Below the pieces are notes generated by a model that made no database searches, was not told where the DNA came from, and worked only from the letters and a program-made list of their open reading frames with translations. Below, piece by piece: positions 15,279 through 24,479 of a stretch of 64,000 bases of DNA. The translations under genes and the position numbers were made by a program. How positions within the stretch are numbered: the first letter of the stretch is position 1; each line of letters starts with the position of its first letter. Origin of the DNA: Nitrospirota bacterium (GTDB lineage: Bacteria; Nitrospirota; Thermodesulfovibrionia; Thermodesulfovibrionales; Dissulfurispiraceae); assembly GCA_963780885.1 (NCBI GenBank), contig CAWAEO010000002.1, forward strand, positions 889,665-953,664, read 5' to 3'.

Positions 15279-16481
15279 TTAAATATTGGACCCGTCGGAC
15301 GGTAGCGCCTCGATTGCTACCAGCCTGTCACTTATAAGCAGCTCTGTTGCATCAAGTTCTTTGAGTATGGCAGACCTCGCTTTATCCAAGGAGTCCTTCA
15401 TTATAAGCAAGTGTTCTTTTACTGGCGCCTTGCATTCAAGGGCCGCTACATCATCGTTGATAAGGCCAGCCGTATTTTTTACGTCTTTCGATAAGCGATG
15501 AATGAGCATAAATACATGGGTAGCCTGCTCTTGTAGGACATTATGAACCTTGTCAGCCATTTCCTGTAACGATTCGCGATTCTTCCTTTCAAGTTCAGCA
15601 ATTAGTTTCTCCTTTGCCTTGATATCATTTTTTAAAACCTTCTCGTTGTGTTCATGGACATCTTGCAGTCGCTTAACCTCTGCATTATTATCGCCGTGCT
15701 GCGCCAGAACATCCCTTAATCTATCCTGATTGATTTTAAGTTCCGTGGACATCTGTTCGGAGGCAATGAGCTTCTTTTTCAAGCTATCGACTTCTGACTG
15801 TAGGGTGGCAATATTATTGTCACGGTCCTGTATTTGTTGTTGCAGTTCAGGATCTTTTATGATGTCCCTGATCACATTCTTGTGCTCAGTAATGGTTACT
15901 TTTGAGTTATTGACCCCGGCAGCTATTGCTTGTTGGATTTCTATCGGCAGGGCGGTGAAGGCCGTGATAAGATCCGCATCTGACCGCATTTGGAAAACAT
16001 TTTTTTCTATGAGATACTGAAGCTCGGGAACACATTTTTGGCTTGCCCTTACTCGATAAGCTGTTCTTTTTGACCATATCTGATGTATTTTTTCTGTCTC
16101 ATTTATCTGCTGCAATAAGGAATACTGGGCTCGAACAAAGTTCTCGGTTTTCCATGCATCAATAATATCCTCGTCGCTTGAAAAATGCCGTATATAACAA
16201 GGGATTGACGTCCCCAGTTTCTTGGCAGTTTCCGTTCTGCGCCTTCCAATTATTCGGTGATACGTGCCGTCTGAGTTGGGCGTCACCACGATAGGCTGCA
16301 AAAATCCTCTATCTACAACTGACTCTGCCATTTTGTCCATGTCTGCAGATCCAATTGGAAATATCCCATGTTCTTCGAGATACGCAATAGCGGGATGAGG
16401 GTTAATACAGTTTGGGTCGAGATGAATTAGTTGCCCCTCCTGCAGTTCAACTGGTGTTTCGGACTTAGTTGTTTTTTCCAT
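15279..16481 (-). CDS. ParB/Srx N-terminal-domain protein with a long coiled-coil C-terminal region
   Basis: 400 aa. Contains LQPIVVTPNSDGTYHRIIGRRRTETAKKLG (a ParB box GxRRxxA-like motif). The C-terminal ~110 aa are paralogous to the C-terminus of 17323..17925. Confidence 0.7.
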   Translation of the reverse strand: MEKTTKSETPVELQEGQLIHLDPNCINPHPAIAYLEEHGIFPIGSADMDKMAESVVDRGFLQPIVVTPNSDGTYHRIIGRRRTETAKKLGTSIPCYIRHFSSDEDIIDAWKTENFVRAQYSLLQQINETEKIHQIWSKRTAYRVRASQKCVPELQYLIEKNVFQMRSDADLITAFTALPIEIQQAIAAGVNNSKVTITEHKNVIRDIIKDPELQQQIQDRDNNIATLQSEVDSLKKKLIASEQMSTELKINQDRLRDVLAQHGDNNAEVKRLQDVHEHNEKVLKNDIKAKEKLIAELERKNRESLQEMADKVHNVLQEQATHVFMLIHRLSKDVKNTAGLINDDVAALECKAPVKEHLLIMKDSLDKARSAILKELDATELLISDRLVAIEALPSDGSNI

Positions 16482-17094
16482 AATTTTCTCCTTTTTGAGT
16501 GTTATGGCAGAATGATATTCTGTATCTTCGGCTAATTGCTTCTAGTTTATTTTTTATGGCATTTTCGTTTAGGTGTTGTAATTCGATGCAGCTAATGTTG
16601 ATGAATTTGAGAAAATTACCATCCAGGCATAGGAAGAATTTTATGTATTCTAACTTTTGCATATTGAGAAGATCCTGAATTGTAAGCGATGAAAAATGAT
16701 ATTCAAGCGGTATTGAGCAAGTACTGAAGGCGTTAAGAACAATCCTTAAATTCTCCTCCTCATTGGTACCCAATAATTTGGCTAGGACATATTTTTTCTG
16801 TAAAGATGTGAATTTTGTTATTCGCAGTCCAGTTGCTTTTGCGATTTTACGGGCGGAAATCGATACTAATCCGCGCCCAATCAAATAAAACGCCTCATAA
16901 ATTTGTTGTTCTGAAGCTAATTTCATGGGTGCCCGGAATGCCTCTTTTGGAGTGAGCGTGTCACCCTCTGTTGTGTCCATTTTGTTTTTGGGCACACTTT
17001 GGGTGAGCGTGTCACTCTCATTTTGTACCATTTCGCTATCTGTGATTTTGTTCATTTTTTCACTCCTTTCCTTTGTCTCTCTATCGTTTTCCAT
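16465..17094 (-). CDS. Hypothetical protein, co-transcribed with the ParB-like gene (17-nt overlap)
   Basis: 209 aa with no family recognised. It contains two direct GTGAGCGTGTCAC 13-mers, at 16952-16964 and 17003-17015. Confidence 0.5.
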   Translation of the reverse strand: MENDRETKERSEKMNKITDSEMVQNESDTLTQSVPKNKMDTTEGDTLTPKEAFRAPMKLASEQQIYEAFYLIGRGLVSISARKIAKATGLRITKFTSLQKKYVLAKLLGTNEEENLRIVLNAFSTCSIPLEYHFSSLTIQDLLNMQKLEYIKFFLCLDGNFLKFINISCIELQHLNENAIKNKLEAISRRYRISFCHNTQKGENYGKNN

Positions 17095-17217
17095 GTCATC
17101 CTTTTCCCTTGGTTTGTTATGACCTGCTATTAGATATTGGTTTTTTAGTCTCCTGTTTAGTTCCAGTTCTCTGGCCCTACTGGCATAACACGTTGTAAAA
17201 CAAACACAATATACTTA

Positions 17218-17325
17218 TTGACAATAAATAGCATATACAGCGACACTATATTATATAGAGAAAAAGATAAGAAAAAACAAATATCAGTTGACAATAAATA
17301 TTGTGTAGAGCGACAATATGCTATG
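17218..17325 (+). promoter_or_regulatory. Tandem duplicated promoter/operator-like repeats; the second would give a leaderless transcript
   Basis: ttgacaataaatagcatatacagcgacactat begins at 17218 and ttgacaataaatattgtgtagagcgacaatat begins at 17288. TTGACA is followed after 18 nt by GACAAT, ending 5 nt before the ATG at 17323. No Shine-Dalgarno sequence is visible. Confidence 0.35.
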
Positions 17326-17925
17326 GGAAGAAAAAGAAAATACGAAACCAACGCCGAGCGGCATGCAGCCTACCGAAAGCGTAATAAAGAGAAAGGGAAA
17401 TTTGCTTATCTTTTTATTCCCAATAAAATCGCCAAAATAAAAGATTTCAAGCCGAGTCTGCTTGTTGAAAGATTCGATGAGATTGAAACTGCCTTGAAAA
17501 ATGAAAGGGAAATAATGGATCATAATGTTAAACTCTTGCAAACCGATATTAAGAACAAAGATAAACAAATTTTTGACCTCGAACAGAAAAACCGCGAGGC
17601 GGGACAGGAAATAGCGGACAAGGTTCATAATATCCTGCAAGAGCAGGCTAACCATGTATTTATTCTCATTCATCGCTTAGCAAAAGAGGTAAAAACTACG
17701 GCAGGCCTTATCAACGATACTGTATCGGCCCTCGAATGCAAACCGGCAGTAAAGGAACACCTACTGGTAATGAAGGACTCTCTGGACAAAGCGAGAACTG
17801 CGGTAGTTAAAGAGCTTGATGTAACAGAGTTGCTTATAAGTGACAGGCTGGTAGCAATAGAGGTGTTCGATTCCCACACGCTCCCGCCAAATTTTCTTGT
17901 TAAATCAATCGAACCATCGCCTTAA
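17323..17925 (+). CDS. Hypothetical coiled-coil protein sharing its C-terminal domain with the ParB-like protein
   Basis: 200 aa from the internal ATG (MGRKRKYETNAERHAAYRKRNKEKGK). The C-terminus QEIADKVHNILQEQANHVFILIHRLAKEVKTTAGLINDTVSALECKPAVKEHLLVMKDSLDKAR matches residues of the 15279..16481 product. Confidence 0.55.
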   Translation: MGRKRKYETNAERHAAYRKRNKEKGKFAYLFIPNKIAKIKDFKPSLLVERFDEIETALKNEREIMDHNVKLLQTDIKNKDKQIFDLEQKNREAGQEIADKVHNILQEQANHVFILIHRLAKEVKTTAGLINDTVSALECKPAVKEHLLVMKDSLDKARTAVVKELDVTELLISDRLVAIEVFDSHTLPPNFLVKSIEPSP

Positions 17926-18403
17926 ACATCATGTACATTTTATGTACGTATGAACAACAAGCAGAGGAGGTGATATTCGAACTCACCCTCACCCGCGCCA
18001 GTATTGGGTTTGCGGGAGCGTACTGAACGAGTTCTGAACGAGTAACCCTTTTTATTTAAAAACTGACCCATAGGTCAACGTAAGATCGATTGTCGGTTTC
18101 TGCTTATACGTCGTATAGTTTTTACCAGGGAGAATATTTTCCCTTTCTTCCTGTAATAAACATGACGATGATCTTGAGTAGTAGTGCATGTTTTAAGTGC
18201 AACTCAACACCAAAAGACAAACGTGCCTTGCTATGACAAGTTGGCTTTTGCTGGTAATTTCCGATCATATGCCAACTCCAGGCAGGTATTTATTTTATCT
18301 TTGCTTGATTTTAAAGAATTTTTATTGACCCTGTATACGACAGTGTGGTAGATTTCGGCAGAAAGGACAAGTTGGTATAGTAATATGTTCGACGATATAA
18401 ATA

Positions 18404-19747
18404 ATGGGAAAACATAAATTAAAGAAAGGCCTTGATATTATTGACGCTTTGCTCAGTCTCGGCAAAGCACTCCATTACGCCGCGATTCCAGAGATGCCAC
18501 TCGAAAAGAATCGGAAAAATGCAGAGGCTGTTGACGTAGCTTGGATGCTTGAAGCTGATCAGGAATTCCCCCTTATGGTCTTCGAAGTAGAAAGTAGAAC
18601 TGGGAATACAATTGCAAATAATCCAACCAAAATATATGGAAAAACGACCGTCAAATTTGAGAAACCTTTATTCTTCTTTCACATCTTGATAGATTCCACG
18701 AGTGAGGCATCTAAGGTAGACGTGCTGAAAACTCTTTTTGGAACCCATAACTATCGTATCTATGAACTAGCGCACGATGGTGAAATTAATGCTCTGATGA
18801 AGGATATTCTTTCGCAGCATCGCAGAATTACTAGCAAGTTCGACCTGCGAGAGTTCTATTCTGAATTAAATTCGAGCCACTGGACAGGGATAGATCAATC
18901 TGACATTTTGAAACATATCGAAACCATCGGCTTTGAAAAAAACAGGGGGCAAATACTCCCGGCGTATGCTGCAATAACAGCAGATGATTCATCATGTACA
19001 AAGCATTTTATTAGATATTTAGCATTTCGCGACCAACAAACGCCATCCTATACAGAAGCAGACCAATATCCTACATATATAGGTGGTACTTGGCATTATC
19101 CTCTTCATCTCGCAATTCTCGGCCATATTTCACCGGATAAAGAAGCAACAAAATATCTGGCCCGTCTTATCAATTGGCAGGAGAAGTCTTATTCTTTCAC
19201 TCAAATCGGTCCACATTTTAAGCTGTCAATGGACTATGATTGTTTTATTGTAGGCCAGGCTGGATTTCTCTGGGCCGTCATGGCTACCTTGTTCGCAGCA
19301 AATTCGGAGGCAGTCCAATATATTTCTAAGCAATGTCTCGAAATATTTGAGAGCATTAAAGACAAACACAAGATATTTTCATTTTACACAGCATTATGGC
19401 TTCTTCATATCTCGACCTTGACGCCCAAGACAACGCAGACCTATGAGCTCGCACGCGATCATATCAACAGCAACGGTGGCATTTCGGCCAGTGTGCTTTA
19501 TTATCCGCCGGGCATTATATACGTTGAGCAACCCGGTAACTGGTTGAGGGAAGAAGTCGATTTAATTGATGTGCCGGAATATGATCAATTTATCATGTCA
19601 AAAGAATTTATTAAGACTACGACCGATGACATATTGACACTAACGATTAAGGTATTAACAGATATACTTGGCCCTGAATCATATTCTGCTGATCTTGTCC
19701 GCAATATGAATAAGGAAGCCCGAAAACATCTGCATGAACTGCATTGA
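18404..19747 (+). CDS. Orphan 447-aa protein; the N-terminus is possibly a PD-(D/E)xK-like fold
   Basis: No family recognised. The N-terminal VDVAWML...PLMVFEVESRTGN...K resembles a D...E-x-(E/K) nuclease core. This is inference only. Confidence 0.5.
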   Translation: MGKHKLKKGLDIIDALLSLGKALHYAAIPEMPLEKNRKNAEAVDVAWMLEADQEFPLMVFEVESRTGNTIANNPTKIYGKTTVKFEKPLFFFHILIDSTSEASKVDVLKTLFGTHNYRIYELAHDGEINALMKDILSQHRRITSKFDLREFYSELNSSHWTGIDQSDILKHIETIGFEKNRGQILPAYAAITADDSSCTKHFIRYLAFRDQQTPSYTEADQYPTYIGGTWHYPLHLAILGHISPDKEATKYLARLINWQEKSYSFTQIGPHFKLSMDYDCFIVGQAGFLWAVMATLFAANSEAVQYISKQCLEIFESIKDKHKIFSFYTALWLLHISTLTPKTTQTYELARDHINSNGGISASVLYYPPGIIYVEQPGNWLREEVDLIDVPEYDQFIMSKEFIKTTTDDILTLTIKVLTDILGPESYSADLVRNMNKEARKHLHELH

Positions 19748-19818
19748 TTTATCAAATACAAACTCGAAATTTAAAAATGTCGGCTTTTGGCCAGCGTTCG
19801 ACTGAATAGGGAGAGAAA

Positions 19819-20319
19819 ATGACATCAGATTGGATATCTGCAATTAGCGCATTTGCCCAAGTATTAATTGGCATAGGCACCTTTGTATTATCATATGTTC
19901 TTTGGAAGAGCGCGGATCAAAGGTCAAAACTGGATTATATGCGGGGGATTCAACAAGACTGGATTGGATTAAATTCATTAATTCTGTCCAATCCTGAACT
20001 TGCCGAAATATCTGATAGCGTGTTTTTCGGTAACAAACTTCCGACCCAAAATAAGGATGAAAGACTCAAACGTTATATGCAGTACAAAATACTTAATATT
20101 ATTGAATCTGAATATATGGGGAGATGCGCCGGTTTAGTCTCTGATGATTACCATAATGCAATTAGTAACGTTATATTACAGTCAATGCTAACCGACAAAG
20201 ATTTGATTGAAATAATAAAAACTTCTGGATTTCATAATGAGTTTATTGCTCACTGTGAGCAATTGGTAAAGTCAGCAATAAAAGAGGTCGAACAATGTCA
20301 TCCAGCCGACCCGGAATAA
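19819..20319 (+). CDS. Orphan 166-aa protein with one N-terminal TM helix
   Basis: The RBS gggagag precedes it. The TM is ISAISAFAQVLIGIGTFVLSYVLW. The 3' end overlaps the repeat motif ccagccgacccggaataa. Confidence 0.5.
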   Translation: MTSDWISAISAFAQVLIGIGTFVLSYVLWKSADQRSKLDYMRGIQQDWIGLNSLILSNPELAEISDSVFFGNKLPTQNKDERLKRYMQYKILNIIESEYMGRCAGLVSDDYHNAISNVILQSMLTDKDLIEIIKTSGFHNEFIAHCEQLVKSAIKEVEQCHPADPE

Positions 20320-20445
20320 CCGCTTTTCGTTTTCAGTTTGGCGTAAACGTATACATGACTTATCAGGAGTTCAAAGATATCATTGTTAAAGGTTGTATTA
20401 ATGCAATCAATGATAAATTTGCACAAGGAAAAGAAAAGGTTAATC

Positions 20446-21015
20446 ATGGGCTTGTTTAATTTCCTTAAAAAAGACAAAGACAACGATTATAAGCATCACC
20501 TGCTTGATTACTCGGCTAAAATATTTGCTGACGTTTGGGCTACTGCTGAGCTTCTTCGTAAAGAATTGGAATTAGATCAGTTGCAGTGGTTCAAAGTCCT
20601 TTTTGAGTATTTAAATTTAGTTTTGAATCTCACAGACAGAGCAGCTTTCAACAAAATGAGCAATGAAAAAAGGAATAAGCTTATGTCCGAACTTGTAAAT
20701 GTAAGCATTCCATCTGCGGTGGACGCTATTTGTAATAAATGGTCGGCAGACGAGATTAAACAAACGAAAGAAGATTGTCTTTATAACTACAAAGTTTCGC
20801 TTTGGCATTGGGGTAAATATGAAATATTGTATGCCGAGAATGACAAGAAAATGGGCGAAACTGTTTTTTGGGAGTTTAGCAAATACGTCGCAAATTTGAT
20901 TGGCCATACAGATGATATTGCATTTATAATGAAGGCTTTGATTGCTGCCATGCGTGTTTACAAAGATTTGGATGCGTCATCATTCATAGAGAAAATAAAT
21001 AACAGCAGGCCATAA
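20446..21015 (+). CDS. Orphan 189-aa protein
   Basis: An internal ATG (MGLFNFLKKDKD) is chosen. No family recognised. The attC-like palindrome follows immediately. Confidence 0.45.
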   Translation: MGLFNFLKKDKDNDYKHHLLDYSAKIFADVWATAELLRKELELDQLQWFKVLFEYLNLVLNLTDRAAFNKMSNEKRNKLMSELVNVSIPSAVDAICNKWSADEIKQTKEDCLYNYKVSLWHWGKYEILYAENDKKMGETVFWEFSKYVANLIGHTDDIAFIMKALIAAMRVYKDLDASSFIEKINNSRP

Positions 21016-21098
21016 CACCAGCATCCAGCCGACCGCGAATAAGCGTGGTGTGTTTTCAGATTTGAGTCTGTGGCGCGTCGGCTGATGCATCTCGTTAT
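21012..21098 (+). repeat. attC-like imperfect palindrome (87 bp); alternatively a terminal hairpin of the adjacent IS91-family element
   Basis: The left arm is ATAAC-acca-GCATC-c-AGCCGA-c-CGCG. The right arm is CGCG-TCGGCT-GATGC-atctc-GTTAT. This gives 20 paired bp, two single-C bulges and a 4x5 internal loop next to the AAC/GTT boxes, with a 36-nt central loop. Confidence 0.55.
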
Positions 21099-21380
21099 AG
21101 TTTCTCTTGAAAATCTTCACTGCAGACTCTTCTAATAGACTGTTGGTTAGGAGGTGAAATATCGCGTTTCTCGGCCACGCGCATTCATGCGTGTTGCAGG
21201 AAGAAGAACTAAACCGCTAGCGCGGTAGCCCTTCGGTTTGCCGCATTTTATTTGCTCAAGACGAAATTAATTTCCAACCCCAAATAGCCTCTGTAAGCTT
21301 GTTACTGAATCTCGTTACAATCTCCTTTGTCGTACCGTCGGCATGCGCTGACGGAGATCAGTAGCAAGGGAGATTTTGTT

Positions 21381-22226
21381 ATGACAAAGCTCAGGGATCA
21401 AATGATTCAAGACCTTCAGTTGAAAGGCGCCACACAGCAAACTCAGAATATATATCTGAGAGAGGTAAGTAATTTTGCAAAGTACTTCAGCAAGTCCCCT
21501 GATGAGATAACCGAGGATGAGATCAAAGAGTATCTGCTTCATCTCAAGAAGGACAGGGATTTAGCGGATGGCACCTTTCGATTCTATGTGGCGGGCATTA
21601 AGTTTTTATACAGGACGACACTGCAAAAGGAATGGATGGTGGATAAGATCAAGTTTGGCAAACGTAAAAAGAAGCTGCCTGTAGTTCTGGATTTGTCCGA
21701 AGTGCAGGCTCTTTTTTCAGTCACAGAGAATATCAAACATAAGGCCATTTTGATACTCACGTATTCTTCGGGATTGAGAATAAGTGAAACATCACGTCTG
21801 AAAATAACCGATATCGACAGTAAACGCATGATGGTGTATATACGCCAGGGCAAAGGTGGTAAAGACCGTTACTCCATTCTGTCTCAGACCGCCCTGGAGT
21901 GTTTACGCCAATACTGGAGGGACTATCGTCCTAAGGAATGGTTATTTGAGGGACAGACCCAGGATAAGCATATATGCTTAACATCGATACGGAATATCTT
22001 TGTTGATGCCAAGAAGCGCGCCGGCATAACGAAACAAGTCTGTCCTCACACGCTCAGACACAGCTTTGCAACCCATTTGATTGAGGCAGGCACCAGCCTA
22101 CATCATGTTCAGTTGCTTCTGGGACATAGATCTCCTACTACGACAACCGTCTACCTTCATGTCAGCAAGGTGAATCTTGCTCAGGTAGCAAGTCCCCTGG
22201 ATAAAGCTTCCCAACAAACTGCATAG
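21381..22226 (+). CDS. Tyrosine recombinase of the type found paired with IS91-family transposases
   Basis: 281 aa from the ATG with RBS agggag. Contains SGLRISETSRLKITDID (Arg-I), HTLRHSFATHLIEAG and LLGHRSPTTTTVYLHV. Confidence 0.85.
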   Translation: MTKLRDQMIQDLQLKGATQQTQNIYLREVSNFAKYFSKSPDEITEDEIKEYLLHLKKDRDLADGTFRFYVAGIKFLYRTTLQKEWMVDKIKFGKRKKKLPVVLDLSEVQALFSVTENIKHKAILILTYSSGLRISETSRLKITDIDSKRMMVYIRQGKGGKDRYSILSQTALECLRQYWRDYRPKEWLFEGQTQDKHICLTSIRNIFVDAKKRAGITKQVCPHTLRHSFATHLIEAGTSLHHVQLLLGHRSPTTTTVYLHVSKVNLAQVASPLDKASQQTA

Positions 22227-22250
22227 GGCCGTAATTCACGCTCTCTACAG

Positions 22251-23441
22251 ATGCGCACCTCCAACGGCACCGAGGTGGCGGATATATTCCGCCAGTACGG
22301 TCATGATTACAGAGTATCCCATAATATGCCACTCAAGCATTTGCGGGCCATGGGTGCTATTGAGGCATGCAGGACATCACGTCTTGGCGGGCATAAGGAT
22401 AAGTGTGATAACGACGAATGCGGCCACATCGATATATCCTATAACTCCTGTCGTAACCGTCACTGCCCCAAATGCCAGTTCCTGAAGAAAGAGCAGTGGA
22501 TAGAGGCACGGTCTGATGATCTCCTCCCCATACAATACTTTCATGTGGTTTTTACTATCCCTTCTGAACTGAACACCGTAGCCTTAAGGAATCCCAAGAT
22601 TATGTATGATCTTCTTTTCCGCTCTGCTTCAGAAACACTAATAGAACTCGGCAATGACCGTCTCGGTGCCCGTATCGGATTCATCGGCATCCTCCATACC
22701 TGGGGCCAGAACCTTATGGATCATCCGCATATACACTGTGTTGTTACCGGCGGGGGGCTGTCCAGTGACGAGCAACACTGGGTGGCCTGCCGGAAAAAAT
22801 ACCTCTTCCCTGTGAAGGTTATGTCAGACCTGTTCAAGGGCAAGTTCCTCGATTACTTCAAAGAAAGCTATACTGCCCAAAAGCTTGAGCTGACAGGCAG
22901 TATCAGTCATCTGATGAAGCCCCATGTTTTCGAACTATTTATAGGAAAGCTCTACAATAAAAAATGGGTAGCATATTGCAAACCTCCGTTTAACGGCATT
23001 GACGGAGTTCTTCAGTACTTGAGCCGGTATACCCACAGGATAGCCATCAGTAATAACCGTATTCTGAAGGTTCAGGACGGCCAAGTAACTTTCCAGTGGC
23101 GTGACTACGCCGACAATGACCGTTTAAAAGTCATGACACTGGATGCTGATGAGTTCATCAGAAGGTTCCTTATGCATGTACTTCCTGATCGCTATGTAAA
23201 AATCAGACATTTCGGCCTGATGGCAAACAGAAAACGCAAACATAATATCGAGTTATGCCGTCTGCTTCTCGGCAGTGACAAAACAGAAACGATCAAATCT
23301 GAGCCTAAGACCTGGCAGGAACTTATGCTTGAAGTCTCAGGCGTCGATGTCACCAGATGTCCGGTTTGCCGGAAAGGCAGGATGGTGGCGATTGAGGTCC
23401 TGCATTACTTCAGATGCAACAGCCCACCGGGTCAATACTGA
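22251..23441 (+). CDS. IS91-family (Y2 HUH, rolling-circle) transposase
   Basis: 396 aa. It has an N-terminal zinc-binding region CRTSRLGGHKDKCDNDECGH...CRNRHCPKC. The HUH-like motif is HPHIHCVVTGGG and the tyrosine motif is YLSRYTHRIAISN. Confidence 0.88.
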   Translation: MRTSNGTEVADIFRQYGHDYRVSHNMPLKHLRAMGAIEACRTSRLGGHKDKCDNDECGHIDISYNSCRNRHCPKCQFLKKEQWIEARSDDLLPIQYFHVVFTIPSELNTVALRNPKIMYDLLFRSASETLIELGNDRLGARIGFIGILHTWGQNLMDHPHIHCVVTGGGLSSDEQHWVACRKKYLFPVKVMSDLFKGKFLDYFKESYTAQKLELTGSISHLMKPHVFELFIGKLYNKKWVAYCKPPFNGIDGVLQYLSRYTHRIAISNNRILKVQDGQVTFQWRDYADNDRLKVMTLDADEFIRRFLMHVLPDRYVKIRHFGLMANRKRKHNIELCRLLLGSDKTETIKSEPKTWQELMLEVSGVDVTRCPVCRKGRMVAIEVLHYFRCNSPPGQY

Positions 23442-23829
23442 TATGAACGTTGAGCTGAACATAAATCTGTACCTATGCGAAAACTTGATCGTTGGTCGCG
23501 ATATCGGCTTATTGTCAAAAATCTCACATTCCCCGGCGATCAAATCACACTGCGGCCCCTCTGGCCTACCTATATCACTTCCAATCCAAAAGAATCATCC
23601 AATTAAGTCCACAACAAATAAAAAAATAACAGATTCTTATCCAGCTTGGTAAGAACGGGCGATATTGAATCGCCATAACCCGCGGCATAGTTCTTCACAC
23701 GTCATTCCGCAACTTCGCAGCGGAATGACGCTTAACCGTACCAAAGACCTACCGGTACGATATATGGTGTGAGCAGGTATATCATAACGTCTCATCAGAT
23801 TGATCTCTAAGTGTCTCTTATATTAATTA

Positions 23830-24249
23830 TTAATTATCTTCAACCCAGAGCATATGTTTTCTTAATGAGGTTCCTTTGAGTGCATTATAAAGTTTGAGGT
23901 CGGCGGTCACCATCTGGCAATCGGTTTTTACAGCAAGAGCAACGTAGAGGCTGTCGTAAAAAGACCTTTTTGTCCGGCAAGCAATATCAAAGGCTTCATC
24001 CGAAAGAATGAAGCCTTCCCATATCTGCAGAAAATTCGACTGAAGCTCTCTCAGGATTGCAAATGCTATATTCCTGGAACATGCACTCGCTGTGACGCGC
24101 TTCCATAAAATATTTCCGATTTCTGAAAAGAGAAGGTCCGGGGCAAATAATTCATTCCCGGATTTAAGAAGCCGTTCAGCCTCTTCGGTATAGTTTTCAG
24201 GAAAATACCACTTGATTGCAACGCTTGCGTCGACAACAAACCTGTTCAA
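23830..24249 (-). CDS. vapC: Type II toxin VapC (PIN-domain RNase)
   Basis: 139 aa. Contains FVVDASVAIKW plus acidic residues in SEIGN, YDSLY and VTAD. The TTG start overlaps the antitoxin stop. Confidence 0.88.
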   Translation of the reverse strand: MNRFVVDASVAIKWYFPENYTEEAERLLKSGNELFAPDLLFSEIGNILWKRVTASACSRNIAFAILRELQSNFLQIWEGFILSDEAFDIACRTKRSFYDSLYVALAVKTDCQMVTADLKLYNALKGTSLRKHMLWVEDN

Positions 24250-24479
24250 CGCTCACGATCCTCACGGATAAGTTCAGCGCTATCAGAGAATTTTCTCTTG
24301 CCGAAGCTTGCACGAATTCTTGATGCCCGTTCCCTGACCTCTTCCATAGTCATCTTTTGTGCTGCCTCTTGCAGAATAAGTTTTGCTTCGCCCTGTAGAG
24401 AACGATGATGATTTTTTGCCCTAAGCTTGAGGCGATTGATAATATCGGTTTCAAGGTCTCTCACAAGTAATTGAGCCAT
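24246..24479 (-). CDS. vapB: Type II antitoxin (FitA/VapB-like ribbon-helix-helix)
   Basis: 77 aa, MAQLLVRDLETDIINRLKLRAKNHHRSLQGEAKLIL. It lies immediately upstream of and overlapping vapC. Confidence 0.8.
   Translation of the reverse strand: MAQLLVRDLETDIINRLKLRAKNHHRSLQGEAKLILQEAAQKMTMEEVRERASRIRASFGKRKFSDSAELIREDRER

Noticed and set aside
17968-18012. tRNA-like 3' fragment (ggtgatattcgaactcaccctcacccgcgcca) as a possible att site for the integrase
   Set aside because: The TTCGAA loop is present, but the flanking bases do not form a proper 5-bp T stem and no acceptor stem or CCA geometry fits. No matching repeat was found near the integrase side (11950-12046).
21381-22226. The tyrosine recombinase downstream of the attC-like site as an integron integrase
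   Set aside because: It is only 281 aa, with no room for the IntI-specific insertion. It is co-directional with and downstream of the cassette-like ORFs rather than divergent. It is directly paired with an IS91-family transposase, a known arrangement.
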